In this document: piece by piece, positions 8,356 through 17,587 of the stretch
How the letters are laid out: every line of letters begins with the position of its first letter
Position numbering within the stretch: position 1 is the stretch's first letter
Assembly: GCA_964447075.1 (NCBI GenBank)
Contig: CAYUQY010000003.1
Location: forward strand, 7,463-71,462
Source: an uncultured Pseudomonadales bacterium
GTDB lineage: Bacteria > Patescibacteriota > Microgenomatia > UBA1400 > PJMF01
Direction of reading: 5' to 3'
DNA length: 64,000 nucleotides
Program-made: the position numbers and the translations under genes
The notes under the pieces: generated by a model
Databases searched by the model: none
What the model was told of the DNA's origin: nothing
The model's input: the letters and a program-made list of their open reading frames with translations, nothing else

Positions 8356-9714
8356 ATGTACTACAACTCAGTACTCGAATTAATAGGTCAAACACCGCTG
8401 GTTAGAATTAACCGACTCAATCCCAATCCCAAAGTTACCTTGCTTGCTAAGCTGGAGTATATGAATCCTGGCGGCTCTGTCAAAGACAGAATTGGTGTCG
8501 CTATGATTGATCGAGCAGAGAAGCTGGGCAAGCTCAAAAAAGGTGGCACAATTGTCGAGCCAACATCAGGCAACACGGGAGTTGGCCTGGCCATGGTGGC
8601 TGCCATACGTGACTACAAAACCATTTTTGTCATGCCAGACAAGATGAGTGATGAAAAACGGAATTTACTACGTGCTTATGGGGCTAAGGTTGTGATCACT
8701 CCTACTGCAGTTATGGCTGATGATGAGCGTAGCTACTACAAAGTTTCAGATAGGCTCGCCAAGGAGATCAAGGGAGCCTACAAACCCGACCAGTATCACA
8801 ATCCAGCTAACCCAGAGATTCATTTTCAGACGACAGGCCCAGAGATCTGGGAGCAGACGGAAGGTAAAATTACTCACTTAGTGGTAGGTATGGGCACTGG
8901 CGGGACGATCACCGGTGTCTCTAAATTTTTGAAGAAAAAAAACCCCAAGATTAAAGTAATTGGTGTGGATCCAGAAGGTTCTGTTTTTCACGAGTACCAA
9001 CGAACTGGTAAATTTCCTGAGGTAATGAAGACTTACAAAGTGGAGGGAGTTGGGGAGGACTTCATACCTTCTACAATTGATTTCAAGTACATCGACGACG
9101 TAATTCAAGTAGCAGACAAAGATTGTTTTTGGCCTGCGCGCCAGTTAGCCCGTCAGGAAGGTATCTTGACTGGTGGATCGGGTGGGATGGCGCTGAAGGC
9201 GGCTATGGAAGTTTGTGGAAAACTCAAAAGTGGTCTGGTAGTCGTCATTTTTCCAGATAGTGGTAAGTCCTATTTATCTAAAATGTATAACGATCTCTGG
9301 ATGAGAGAAAATAATTTTCTATCAGCAGATGACTCAAGTGTTACAGTTGACAAGCTGCTCAAGTCAAAACGCTCACCGTTACTGCTCAGTGTTTCTCCCA
9401 GAGATACCGTCAAGGAAGCTATCGACATCATGAAAAAGTACAATGTATCTCAAGTTCCAGTTATTGATAAACACAAGTTACTTGGGAAAGTAACCGAGCG
9501 ACAGCTTCTCACTGGTCTATACGAGAAGATGGTGGGCTGTACGAATCATATTCGTGCATTAATTGATCCATATGTGCCTACGATCAAACATAACGAGCCT
9601 GTGGAAAGAGCTTCTGAGCTCTTGGCTCAAGATGACTTTGTCGTGGTCCTAGATCAGAAGAACCAGCCTAAAGCTGTGATCTCAAGAATTGATTTGATTG
9701 AGTACTATCTCTAG
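8356..9714 (+). CDS. cbs: Cystathionine beta-synthase (PLP domain plus C-terminal CBS pair)
   Basis: NPGGSVKDR, PTSGNTG, GMGTGGT; Bateman module SQVPVID...ISRIDL. Confidence 0.9.
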   Translation: MYYNSVLELIGQTPLVRINRLNPNPKVTLLAKLEYMNPGGSVKDRIGVAMIDRAEKLGKLKKGGTIVEPTSGNTGVGLAMVAAIRDYKTIFVMPDKMSDEKRNLLRAYGAKVVITPTAVMADDERSYYKVSDRLAKEIKGAYKPDQYHNPANPEIHFQTTGPEIWEQTEGKITHLVVGMGTGGTITGVSKFLKKKNPKIKVIGVDPEGSVFHEYQRTGKFPEVMKTYKVEGVGEDFIPSTIDFKYIDDVIQVADKDCFWPARQLARQEGILTGGSGGMALKAAMEVCGKLKSGLVVVIFPDSGKSYLSKMYNDLWMRENNFLSADDSSVTVDKLLKSKRSPLLLSVSPRDTVKEAIDIMKKYNVSQVPVIDKHKLLGKVTERQLLTGLYEKMVGCTNHIRALIDPYVPTIKHNEPVERASELLAQDDFVVVLDQKNQPKAVISRIDLIEYYL

Positions 9715-9816
9715 ATATCAAACTTTCATTCTCATAGAGTTTTGGGTAATCGTCAGGTACAATTCAAACCTGTCTTCGTACGAGAGTTGTTTTTTTGGGT
9801 GATGAATGGATCAACT

Positions 9817-9889
9817 GCCGGGATAGCTCAGCTGGTAGAGCACCTGTTTTGTAAACAGGTTGTCGTGGGTTCGAATCCCACTCTCGGCT
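9817..9889 (+). tRNA. tRNA-Thr(TGT)
   Basis: CCTGT-TTTGTAA-ACAGG; GTTCGAATC; acceptor stem GCCGGGA/TCTCGGC. Confidence 0.96.
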
Positions 9890-9940
9890 CATACGTGGTA
9901 CAATATCGCCTTCTTAGCGTTCTAATGTGGGGAAAGTTAT

Positions 9941-10147
9941 ATGGCAAAAAAGTCAAAAAAAGGACCACGTCAGGCTGTTGGACTCAAGTGTAAAGTTTGT
10001 AGCAGCTTTGGCTATGTGACTGAGTTCAACAAAAACAACGAGCAGCTTAAAAAGCAATCTACTGAGAAAAGCACTTTTCCACTCAATAAATACTGCAGTT
10101 TGTGCAGGAAGCATACGGTACACGTGACAGCTAAGAAGCTGAAGTAG
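9941..10147 (+). CDS. rpmG: 50S ribosomal protein L33 (Zn-binding type)
   Basis: CKVC...KYCSLCRKHTVH; lies between tRNA-Thr and tRNA-Trp. Confidence 0.9.
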   Translation: MAKKSKKGPRQAVGLKCKVCSSFGYVTEFNKNNEQLKKQSTEKSTFPLNKYCSLCRKHTVHVTAKKLK

Positions 10148-10205
10148 TTTTGGCCAAGCTAGGACTTGATTTTCCTCCCTGAATACCTTCAGTGAAGCTA
10201 AACAA

Positions 10206-11540
10206 CTAGAGTTGAACAACTTTCCCATAAGCCTCTAAAATCTTTTCCGCTCCATGTAGGAAAATGGGGTCAATTTTTTGGGCGTGTTGCATAGCTAGCG
10301 AGGCCCAACTTTGAGAAATATTTGAAGGCGTGATGAGGGCATCTAGCTGAGTAATAAAATTTTCAGTCAAGGCTCGTCTGCCGATATTTTGTTGCTCAAA
10401 AACTACTCGCACGTTATTTTCCCACTCACCCCACTCGGTGAGCGTAAGTAAGAAGCAACCTGCCGCGACAGCGTCATAAGCCATGTCGCCAGACGGTTTA
10501 GTGATGAAACCATCTGCCCAGGGGAAACCATACTTGATTAGAAGCTCATTGGCATCAGTGATTTGAGGGTGGTAGAGGATGCGAAGTGAAGCATTGTGAT
10601 TACTCATAGCCCCCACTGTCACAGAGAACTTGCGCGCCAGCTCATGAGTCATTTCAAAAATATCATTGGATGTGCCGGTGTACACAATTAACTCAAACTT
10701 GGTAGCGCCTTTTTGGAGGCAAGGTAAAAGTTGTTCAAGCAGTTGTATCAGTTCTGATTTATTAGTGCCCAAGCCACCCGTGGTTAGACAAAGCCTGACA
10801 GGGCGATTGCTTTCAAATGATTTTTTTGCTCTGGCAGCTATAACTCTAGGATCTATGGGAGGGCCAGTAACTATAATTTTCTCAGGCGAGACGCCTTTAC
10901 CAAGAAGAGCAGACTTTTCGATCACGTCAGACTTTGTTCTTTCATCAAAAACACAGTAGGTGATGAGAGGGGAGTCAGCATGAAGCAGATAATCTTCACG
11001 CACATGAGGGTCAGTGATGACTTGGCAGACTTGTTTGCCCATCTCGACCAGAATATTGCCTACCGCAATATGAAAAGAAAGAATTGGTTTTTGGATTGGA
11101 GCAGCCAGATGTTGCACGACTGGCCTAACTGTATCTAGAAGGGGGATTTTTTGTCGTCCGAACTTGTCGACTAGGTTTTTGATAAATTGAAGGAATTTGT
11201 GGCGGGCGAGCAGATGTCCTATTTTCTGGGTAAAGACAACTTGTCCCCATGATTTTCCTACGACATGATTAAGCGGGTCTACAAGCCATGCAGCTTGAGG
11301 ATTGATCTGTGGGCCCCAGGCTTGGTGAGCTATACCTAGAGCCATAGAGAAGTGGGCTCGAGAAAGGACTACATCAGGTGACTCGTCATTATCAGGAAAA
11401 CCAGTCAGACGCTTGAGGTCTTCTTTGAAACTAGCCGACAAAGTTAGGATAGGCACTTGAGTCTCGAGAAGTCTTTTTTGGTCCTCTTTAAAAAGTTTTT
11501 GATTAAGGTCTTCTGGGAGTTGGTTGGTTTGATTGGACAC
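10206..11540 (-). CDS. GT-B glycosyltransferase, UgtP/MGDG-synthase-like
   Basis: TGPPI, TTGGLG and DGFITKPSGDMAYDAVAAG resemble the GT28 C-terminal motif. Confidence 0.6.
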   Translation of the reverse strand: MSNQTNQLPEDLNQKLFKEDQKRLLETQVPILTLSASFKEDLKRLTGFPDNDESPDVVLSRAHFSMALGIAHQAWGPQINPQAAWLVDPLNHVVGKSWGQVVFTQKIGHLLARHKFLQFIKNLVDKFGRQKIPLLDTVRPVVQHLAAPIQKPILSFHIAVGNILVEMGKQVCQVITDPHVREDYLLHADSPLITYCVFDERTKSDVIEKSALLGKGVSPEKIIVTGPPIDPRVIAARAKKSFESNRPVRLCLTTGGLGTNKSELIQLLEQLLPCLQKGATKFELIVYTGTSNDIFEMTHELARKFSVTVGAMSNHNASLRILYHPQITDANELLIKYGFPWADGFITKPSGDMAYDAVAAGCFLLTLTEWGEWENNVRVVFEQQNIGRRALTENFITQLDALITPSNISQSWASLAMQHAQKIDPIFLHGAEKILEAYGKVVQL

Positions 11541-11597
11541 GTGGCTAATTATGTTAGATTTTGAAGAGTTTGTGAATAGCTGTTCTGATTTGGTAAC

Positions 11598-12008
11598 TCA
11601 AAGAAATGGATTCACGATCCTTATTTCTTGATACTTCTCCAAGTGCTGAAGATTATCAGTAGCTATTTCATCAATTTCGTTACTTATAGCTGTGGCCACT
11701 AAGTAGGCATCAAATATTTCTGTGCCTGTGACTCGATACTTTTGAATCAATTCCAGAGCTAAATCTTGAGTTTCCAAAGTTGGGCAAATGACACGAGCGT
11801 GATTGGTGATAGTTCTCACAGCCTTGACGGCTTCGTCAATAGTAAAAGGGTTTGGAAATTTAGAATGCGTCAAGATTCGTATAGTTTCAAAGATATTTTG
11901 CTGAGCAAAAATGAGCTCAGCTTGCTGGCGAAGAAATGTTTGCGCAGGAGCTTGCTTAGGGGAGGCTTGATTGAGAGAGTAGATAAGGATATTGGAGTCA
12001 ATCAACAT
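11598..12008 (-). CDS. PIN-domain (VapC-like) toxin
   Basis: IDSNILIY, E, FDAYLVAT, ATDN..H; overlaps the end of the antitoxin. Confidence 0.9.
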   Translation of the reverse strand: MLIDSNILIYSLNQASPKQAPAQTFLRQQAELIFAQQNIFETIRILTHSKFPNPFTIDEAVKAVRTITNHARVICPTLETQDLALELIQKYRVTGTEIFDAYLVATAISNEIDEIATDNLQHLEKYQEIRIVNPFL

Positions 12009-12222
12009 AGATATCTTCACGACTTAGTTGATCTAAGGGAACACCGATATTCTTATCTTTAAAAACCAATTTTTGAGCATGGTGACGACTTTCTTGATTT
12101 AAGTAATTATCCAAAGCCTTTTCTACAAGAGATTGAAAAGTTGTGTTAGATCTAAAAGCTTTCAGATCAGCAGTTTTCTTGAGCTGGGGAGTAAGACGTA
12201 TGGTGGTTCTGACTAGTTGCAT
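11998..12222 (-). CDS. Ribbon-helix-helix (VapB-like) antitoxin
   Basis: MQLVRTTIRL...FQSLVEKAL...LSREDIY; likely start at 12222; translationally coupled to the PIN gene. Confidence 0.8.
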   Translation of the reverse strand: MQLVRTTIRLTPQLKKTADLKAFRSNTTFQSLVEKALDNYLNQESRHHAQKLVFKDKNIGVPLDQLSREDIYVD

Positions 12223-12232
12223 GATAGCATTT

Positions 12233-12256
12233 TGACATAAGTATGTCATTATGTCA
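12233..12256. promoter_or_regulatory. TA operator overlapping its promoter
   Basis: Palindrome TGACATA-AG-TATGTCA plus a third TATGTCA half-site; minus strand TTGACA-17nt-CAAAAT. Confidence 0.65.
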
Positions 12257-12381
12257 ATAATTCGCATTTTCTCCTCGCATTTTCTCTTGAATTTCCGCCC
12301 AATATTTTCTCTTTGTACCGACCCGAGAATCCCCACCTCACATTTGGATAAAGACAAGGTAAAATAGTCTCTCGAGAGCTT

Positions 12382-12455
12382 AGGACCGTAGTTCAGCGGT
12401 AGAATAGGGGTCTCCAAAACCCTTGACGAAGGTTCGATTCCTTCCGGTCCTGCCA
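12382..12455 (+). tRNA. tRNA-Trp(CCA)
   Basis: GGGGT-CTCCAAA-ACCCT; GTTCGATTC; encoded CCA. Confidence 0.96.
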
Positions 12456-12475
12456 GAAGTCTTTAGTGTAAATAC

Positions 12476-12694
12476 TCAATCAAAAAACCTTCTTCCAGAC
12501 AAAAAAGACTCAATGTCAACACGATAAATAACGACTCTGTTGTTTATAATTCCGACGGTACTTCCCATTGCTGCTTCACACCATTTCTCAAAAAGTCCGT
12601 TCGCACTTAGCCAAGGGTTGAGCTCATCTTGGTAATAGCCCCCGTAGTCAAAGTCAGGAACGAGTGATGGAAATGGAGCGCCTTTTGTTGCCAT
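12476..12694 (-). CDS. Small hypothetical protein
   Basis: 72-aa ORF with TAGAAT 6 nt before ATG. Confidence 0.5.
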   Translation of the reverse strand: MATKGAPFPSLVPDFDYGGYYQDELNPWLSANGLFEKWCEAAMGSTVGIINNRVVIYRVDIESFLSGRRFFD

Positions 12695-12703
12695 GACTGC
12701 ATT

Positions 12704-12800
12704 CTAATAAAGAAACCCAAACAAATACAACGGAATAACCTTCTTATCTCCATATAGCACATCATCTTTGGCCAAAAAGCTGTTATCTAGCCCAGTCAGC
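12704..12800 (-). pseudogene. C-terminal remnant of an AAA_14/DUF4143-type ATPase
   Basis: Reads ...GLDNSFLAKDDVLYGDKKVIPLYLFGFLY*, the typical IPL(W/Y)LFGFLY terminus; no start codon and an in-frame stop upstream. Confidence 0.6.
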
Positions 12801-13164
12801 TGCAGGCAAGCTATATGTTTTTGTAGTTCTAGACTAGGTACAAGTAGATCTGAAAGTTCTCCGGGACGAAATAAGAGATTAGAGTGATTTTAAGACAGCT
12901 TCAAACTTCGATCAATACTCATTCATCACTTCCAGATCTGGAATAACTCTGAAGTCTTTTTCTTTTTCAGAATCTAGAGTACTTCTACCTTCATATAATT
13001 CTTGAACACTAATCATAGATAATCTAAACGATTCCTGCTTTTAGAGAGAAAGGCGTGTGGAAGATTGGGAAAGAGTAGCCAGAAATACCCAATCGGATGT
13101 ATAAGAAAAAACGTTCCTAGTCAGCTTCAGTACTTGATATAATCATTAATCTTGCATTGTACTT

Positions 13165-13195
13165 ACTGCAAGTAACACTTTCAGTTACCTTCAAT
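13165..13195. promoter_or_regulatory. Inverted-repeat operator resembling the AbiE promoter operator
   Basis: ACTGCAAGTAAC-N7-GTTACCTTCAAT. Confidence 0.5.
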
Positions 13196-13215
13196 ACATT
13201 TTCCAGCTTAAAATT

Positions 13216-13704
13216 ATGAAAAATAGACTTAATGAGCTACTACAACTGTTTAAGGCAGAGATATCTCTTAACTGGGTATACTCGATCTATTTATTTGTTG
13301 TTGCATTAGTTTTAGTTTTTCCGCCATTCTACACAAGTGAGTTTCTATTCATCCTCTTTCCAGTCCTCTCAACTTGGATTAGATCAGTAACTTTGTCTAA
13401 AAACATATCTATCAAGCTAAGTAGGGATGATTTTGCAAGATCAGTCGTCACTAGTACGCTTGTTACTGATCTAGGCGGCTTTATAGGCTTTGAGGCAATT
13501 ATTCTAGCAGCGGGATTTATTGTTGATATTGACCTGAATGAGTGGCAAGGCTTTATTTGGCTGATGTTAGTTTTCTACATGGCCTTAACAGTCGTAGTGG
13601 CAGTATATGTATTCTTAGTTGCTTATATAGTAAGTAATCTTGGTTACTCTATTAGGAAAAAGGGTGGGACCTTCAAATCCACTACACCGAACGAGTTAAC
13701 TTGA
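13216..13704 (+). CDS. Multi-pass membrane protein, unknown function
   Basis: About four hydrophobic segments; AT-rich. Confidence 0.65.
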   Translation: MKNRLNELLQLFKAEISLNWVYSIYLFVVALVLVFPPFYTSEFLFILFPVLSTWIRSVTLSKNISIKLSRDDFARSVVTSTLVTDLGGFIGFEAIILAAGFIVDIDLNEWQGFIWLMLVFYMALTVVVAVYVFLVAYIVSNLGYSIRKKGGTFKSTTPNELT

Positions 13705-13777
13705 GGAAAGCCTGGTAACAATTTACTAAAAATTGACCATACTATACAAAAACAGCCGCTTATTGTATAGTGATACT

Positions 13778-14971
13778 ATGCAAAAACGTCGCATTTGGGA
13801 AAAATTGATACAAGAGATCCAAACTGACGAGATAGTGGTTATAACTGGTCCAAGGCAGGTAGGGAAGACCACCACTCTCAGGTGGTTGTTAGATCAAGTT
13901 CCGTCCAAAAATAAGCTTTTTTTTGACCTTGAAAATTTAAGTGATCGAGAGTTATTTGAGACTAAAAATTACAACTCACTGATTAGCGAGTTCCAGAATA
14001 GGGGAGTATCAAAAACAGAAAAAATCTACATCGGTCTTGATGAGATTCAGCTGTTGCCAAATTTACCAAGTGTAGTGAAGTATCTCTATGATCACTACAA
14101 GATAAAATTCTTTTTAACAGGTTCAAGTTCCTACTATATCAAGAATAGGTTCTCAGAATCGATGGCTGGTCGAAAAATTATCTACGAGATGCTACCTTTA
14201 AGTTTTCAGGAATTTATAGATTTCAAGGGATTTGCATATAATACCGGAAGGCAGGATTTTTTTGATCAGATTGAGTTTTCTGAGTCTGCTTATCTGCAAC
14301 TCAAAGATTACTATCAAGAATATATCGAGTATGGAGGTTTGCCAAAGGTAGTATTAACATCTGATGTAGTTAGAAAAAAGTTGCTTCTCGAGGAGATATT
14401 TAGTTCATACATTAAATTAGATGTGGAGGGTTTGGCAGATTTTAAGTCACTGAAAGATTTGAGGCTTATCATCAAACTGTTGGCATCTCGAGTTGGTAGT
14501 AAGTTAAACGTGACAGAACTAGCCAACATAACTGGAATGACAAGAGTTACCATCGACAACTACATCGAATTTTTGGAGCAAACTTACCTGATTAAGTCTG
14601 TCAACGTTTACTCAAGATCCCCAGATGTTCAGGTGAGATTACAAAAAAAACTTTATTTTGTGGACACTGGCATTGCTAACATTAATGCTGATCTCTCTAG
14701 TGGTAGCAAATTTGAAAATGCCGTATGTCACCAACTTTCATTTTGGCAGGGGGAGTTAAGTTATTATTCCAACAGAGATGGAGAAATAGATTTTATTATT
14801 GATGATGGAAAAAATGTTGGGGCTTTTGAAGTCAAAGAAACGCCAACATCGGTCGACTACTCTAAGCTATCCAGACGTGCCAAAAAATTGGGAATTTCTA
14901 TTTGTCGTGTAATAGGCAGAGAGCCCTCAGCCACATCAAACAATTTTCTATGGGGTGGATTTATTAAGTAG
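13778..14971 (+). CDS. AAA_14 ATPase with DUF4143 C-terminus
   Basis: GPRQVGKTT, LDEIQ, TGSS, GGLP, KLYFVDTG, FEN, EIDF, FEVK. Confidence 0.9.
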   Translation: MQKRRIWEKLIQEIQTDEIVVITGPRQVGKTTTLRWLLDQVPSKNKLFFDLENLSDRELFETKNYNSLISEFQNRGVSKTEKIYIGLDEIQLLPNLPSVVKYLYDHYKIKFFLTGSSSYYIKNRFSESMAGRKIIYEMLPLSFQEFIDFKGFAYNTGRQDFFDQIEFSESAYLQLKDYYQEYIEYGGLPKVVLTSDVVRKKLLLEEIFSSYIKLDVEGLADFKSLKDLRLIIKLLASRVGSKLNVTELANITGMTRVTIDNYIEFLEQTYLIKSVNVYSRSPDVQVRLQKKLYFVDTGIANINADLSSGSKFENAVCHQLSFWQGELSYYSNRDGEIDFIIDDGKNVGAFEVKETPTSVDYSKLSRRAKKLGISICRVIGREPSATSNNFLWGGFIK

Positions 14972-14990
14972 AGTCAAGTAGACGACCGCC

Positions 14991-15158
14991 CTATAAATTA
15001 AGATTTAGGAATATCCTTGAAGTCTTTTGGTATCGAGAACTACCAAGTACTTTCAGTTGTAGGGGGACTTGGTCTGTGAGACCCAATTGAGCTCTAATGG
15101 AAGCTGGGATGACGATCTGACCTTTTGAGTTGGAATTAACAATGTGTCCTATTTTCAT
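14991..15158 (-). CDS. AbrB/MazE/SpoVT-family DNA-binding protein (55 aa, probably truncated; absent from ORF track)
   Basis: MKIGHIVNSNSKGQIVIPASIRAQLGL...; signature KGQIVIP..IR..LGL. Confidence 0.75.
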   Translation of the reverse strand: MKIGHIVNSNSKGQIVIPASIRAQLGLTDQVPLQLKVLGSSRYQKTSRIFLNLNL

Positions 15159-15538
15159 ACTCGTAGTATTTTATTACTTAGTTTAGTTATTTCAAGTTCC
15201 AGGCTTTGAATTTCTTGAGCAAAAAGTGGCTAAATCGAGAGGGAACTCAAGGTCAAGTTGAAGTAAGTCTAACATTAGGTCCAGAGTGGCAAGATAAGAG
15301 CAAGCCGACACTCCTTGCACATCCTATAATATCATATATAATGATCTACTTATTGACTATAATGATGTCTTTTGATATCATTACCTACATAACAGATACG
15401 CATTTTAACCTGGTTTTGGGTTAAGCGACTTTTCTCAAAATCAGGTTGAAAATGCCTGTTAGACTGCTCGCTGAAAATAAAATATTAGTTTCTACTTGGC
15501 TAAAAACGCGACATTTAGCTTTAAAGTTGGTTAGAAAT

Positions 15539-16564
15539 ATGAAAAATAAGGTACTTTTAGCAGTTCTTTTGACAACTACTCTGGCAGTAGTAGGTAGTCT
15601 CTTCTCTGGATCCCTCTCAAGAGTGGCTGCTAGCCACCGGGTTTTTACCTATGAGGAGTGTATTGCTCAGGGAGAAAAGATCAGAATCTGCCACTCTACT
15701 AGTTCGGAAACCAACCCTTACGAGCTCCTAAATATCTCTTGCAGCGCACTTTATGGTCGGAATGACAATGCTGGTCACTTTGAAGCCGACGGGTCTCCTC
15801 TAGCTGGGCACTTGGACGACTACTTTGTCCATCAGGGCGACACCACTTGTGGTTTTGTTAGTCCAGAACCAAGTACTTCACCTAATCCTAGCACTTCACC
15901 AACTCCTACGATTGAGCCATCACCTTCAGAGGAGCCACAGCCTTCAACTACTCCAGACCCTTCTTCGACTCCAGATCCTTCAGCTTCCCCACAGCCTTCA
16001 ACTACTCCTGTACCATCTGGTGAACCTAGCCCATCAAGCGATCCTTCACCTAGGGCTACTTTTGAACCATCAGCTTCGCCAACTACTAACTCCAATAACA
16101 TTGATCCTAGTTCAGAAGGAGTAGGCGGGGCAAGTCAGGGAGTGCGGGGCAGAATGAGCTCTCTAGCTACCGATAGGTGTGACTGCGATGGTGACGAGAC
16201 ATTTGATGCTGTGATGGATATCAAGGGTGAAGACGGGCTGCCAGTCAAAGGTGTGGTAGTGCAGTTTGTTTATAAAGATCAGATCCAGAACGTTTGGACA
16301 TTTGAAGGTGGGCGAGCCAAGGCTACTTTCAAACAGGATGGTAATGGGACTGCTATTGCCTCATCTGAAGGTTATCCGAGTCAGAGTATTTCAGTTACTT
16401 TTCCTCCAGCTTGTGCTGAATCTGCTCCAAAGAGTGAGACTAAGCTAACCACGTTAGCCAACACCGGAGCAGTTGATGAAGTTCTAGCCTCAGGCTTAAT
16501 GATCTTGGGAGTTGTAGGGTCAATTGGAACTACATATGTCTATCAAAAAAAGCCAAAAGCTTAA
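15539..16564 (+). CDS. Sortase-anchored surface protein with Pro/Ser-rich linker
   Basis: Signal peptide; ICH..S.TNPY domain; PS(T/S)TP repeats; LANTG, TM helix, KKPKA. Confidence 0.85.
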   Translation: MKNKVLLAVLLTTTLAVVGSLFSGSLSRVAASHRVFTYEECIAQGEKIRICHSTSSETNPYELLNISCSALYGRNDNAGHFEADGSPLAGHLDDYFVHQGDTTCGFVSPEPSTSPNPSTSPTPTIEPSPSEEPQPSTTPDPSSTPDPSASPQPSTTPVPSGEPSPSSDPSPRATFEPSASPTTNSNNIDPSSEGVGGASQGVRGRMSSLATDRCDCDGDETFDAVMDIKGEDGLPVKGVVVQFVYKDQIQNVWTFEGGRAKATFKQDGNGTAIASSEGYPSQSISVTFPPACAESAPKSETKLTTLANTGAVDEVLASGLMILGVVGSIGTTYVYQKKPKA

Positions 16565-17237
16565 AAACCTCCAGCAGCTGTTAGTTCTAAATGACTTCTC
16601 AAACCAAAAGCTCAATCATGCTTTAAGAGAACAGTCACAGCATTTTGATGAAGCTGAGTCTAGAAAAAAAAGATTTTCACTTTCACCTGTTTGGGGATTT
16701 GCAGCCGTTTTTACTTTGTTGCTAAATTTGTCTATATTTTCAGGTTGGTACTTTATCTACAAACAGACTATCTTGTCATTCACCTCTAGTCCTCAGGTGG
16801 TAGGCACTCTAAGCCTGAGAGGTAGTATCCCTGATAAGATCCAGATTCCTGAGCTAGATCTAGAGCAGTCCATCCTGCCCGCATCTATTACAAATGGAAT
16901 CTGGCAAACTTCTCAAACCAATCCCACCTACCTGATTTCTTCAGCTCGCCCAGATGAGGGCGGTAATATTGTGATCTATGGTCACAACTTACCAGGTATT
17001 TTTGGAAAACTAAAACAACTCAAGGTAGGTCAGAGTGTGGAGCTGACTACCCAAATGGGAAAGCTCATGAGATATGAAGTTGCTGAGATCAAGGTGGTGA
17101 AGCCTAGTGAGGTTTCGATAGTTGAGCCCACCAACTTTGAGGTTTTGACCATCTATACATGTACAGGTTTATTTGACTCCCAAAGACTCGTGATCAGAGC
17201 TTATCCAAAGCAGGCGATTACTCAGCTAGGTCAATAG
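16536..17237 (+). CDS. Sortase
   Basis: TM anchor; YGHN (His), LTIYTC (Cys), QRLVIRA (Arg). Confidence 0.92.
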   Translation: MSIKKSQKLKNLQQLLVLNDFSNQKLNHALREQSQHFDEAESRKKRFSLSPVWGFAAVFTLLLNLSIFSGWYFIYKQTILSFTSSPQVVGTLSLRGSIPDKIQIPELDLEQSILPASITNGIWQTSQTNPTYLISSARPDEGGNIVIYGHNLPGIFGKLKQLKVGQSVELTTQMGKLMRYEVAEIKVVKPSEVSIVEPTNFEVLTIYTCTGLFDSQRLVIRAYPKQAITQLGQ

Positions 17238-17478
17238 GACGAGTATCTCAAGGCCAGAACATCTCAAAACGCAAAAAAAAGATTCTAAAAACAAAGTAAA
17301 ACTAAAGAACTAGACTGATACTGCCCTGATTGAGCCATTTACTCAGGACAAAAACTACTCAATATAGCTTCCAACAGTACATATAATATAATAGTTATGA
17401 GACTTTGCAATACTTAGTCACAGTTTCTTGCTTTCAACCTTTGGGTTTTGAGGCCACATCCCAAAATGAGTGAAACAA

Positions 17479-17587
17479 TGTGGATAAGTACTGCAACCAA
17501 GTTGCAAGTTACTTACAAGTTATAAGCTCACAAGCTGAGCTTAAGTGAAAAATTAGATTAAAACTAGAGATTTACGATTGTGAATAA
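17479..17587. promoter_or_regulatory. Two DnaA-box-like 9-mers in an AT-rich intergenic region
   Basis: TGTGGATAA (17479-17487) and TGTGAATAA (17579-17587). Confidence 0.3.

Noticed and set aside
12223-12417. N-terminal extension of the antitoxin ORF
   Set aside because: It overlaps the TA promoter/operator and tRNA-Trp
12382-12455. UGA recoding (code 4 or 25)
   Set aside because: TGA terminates conserved genes such as nadD, tmk, glyA and recR, and conserved genes translate fully under code 11
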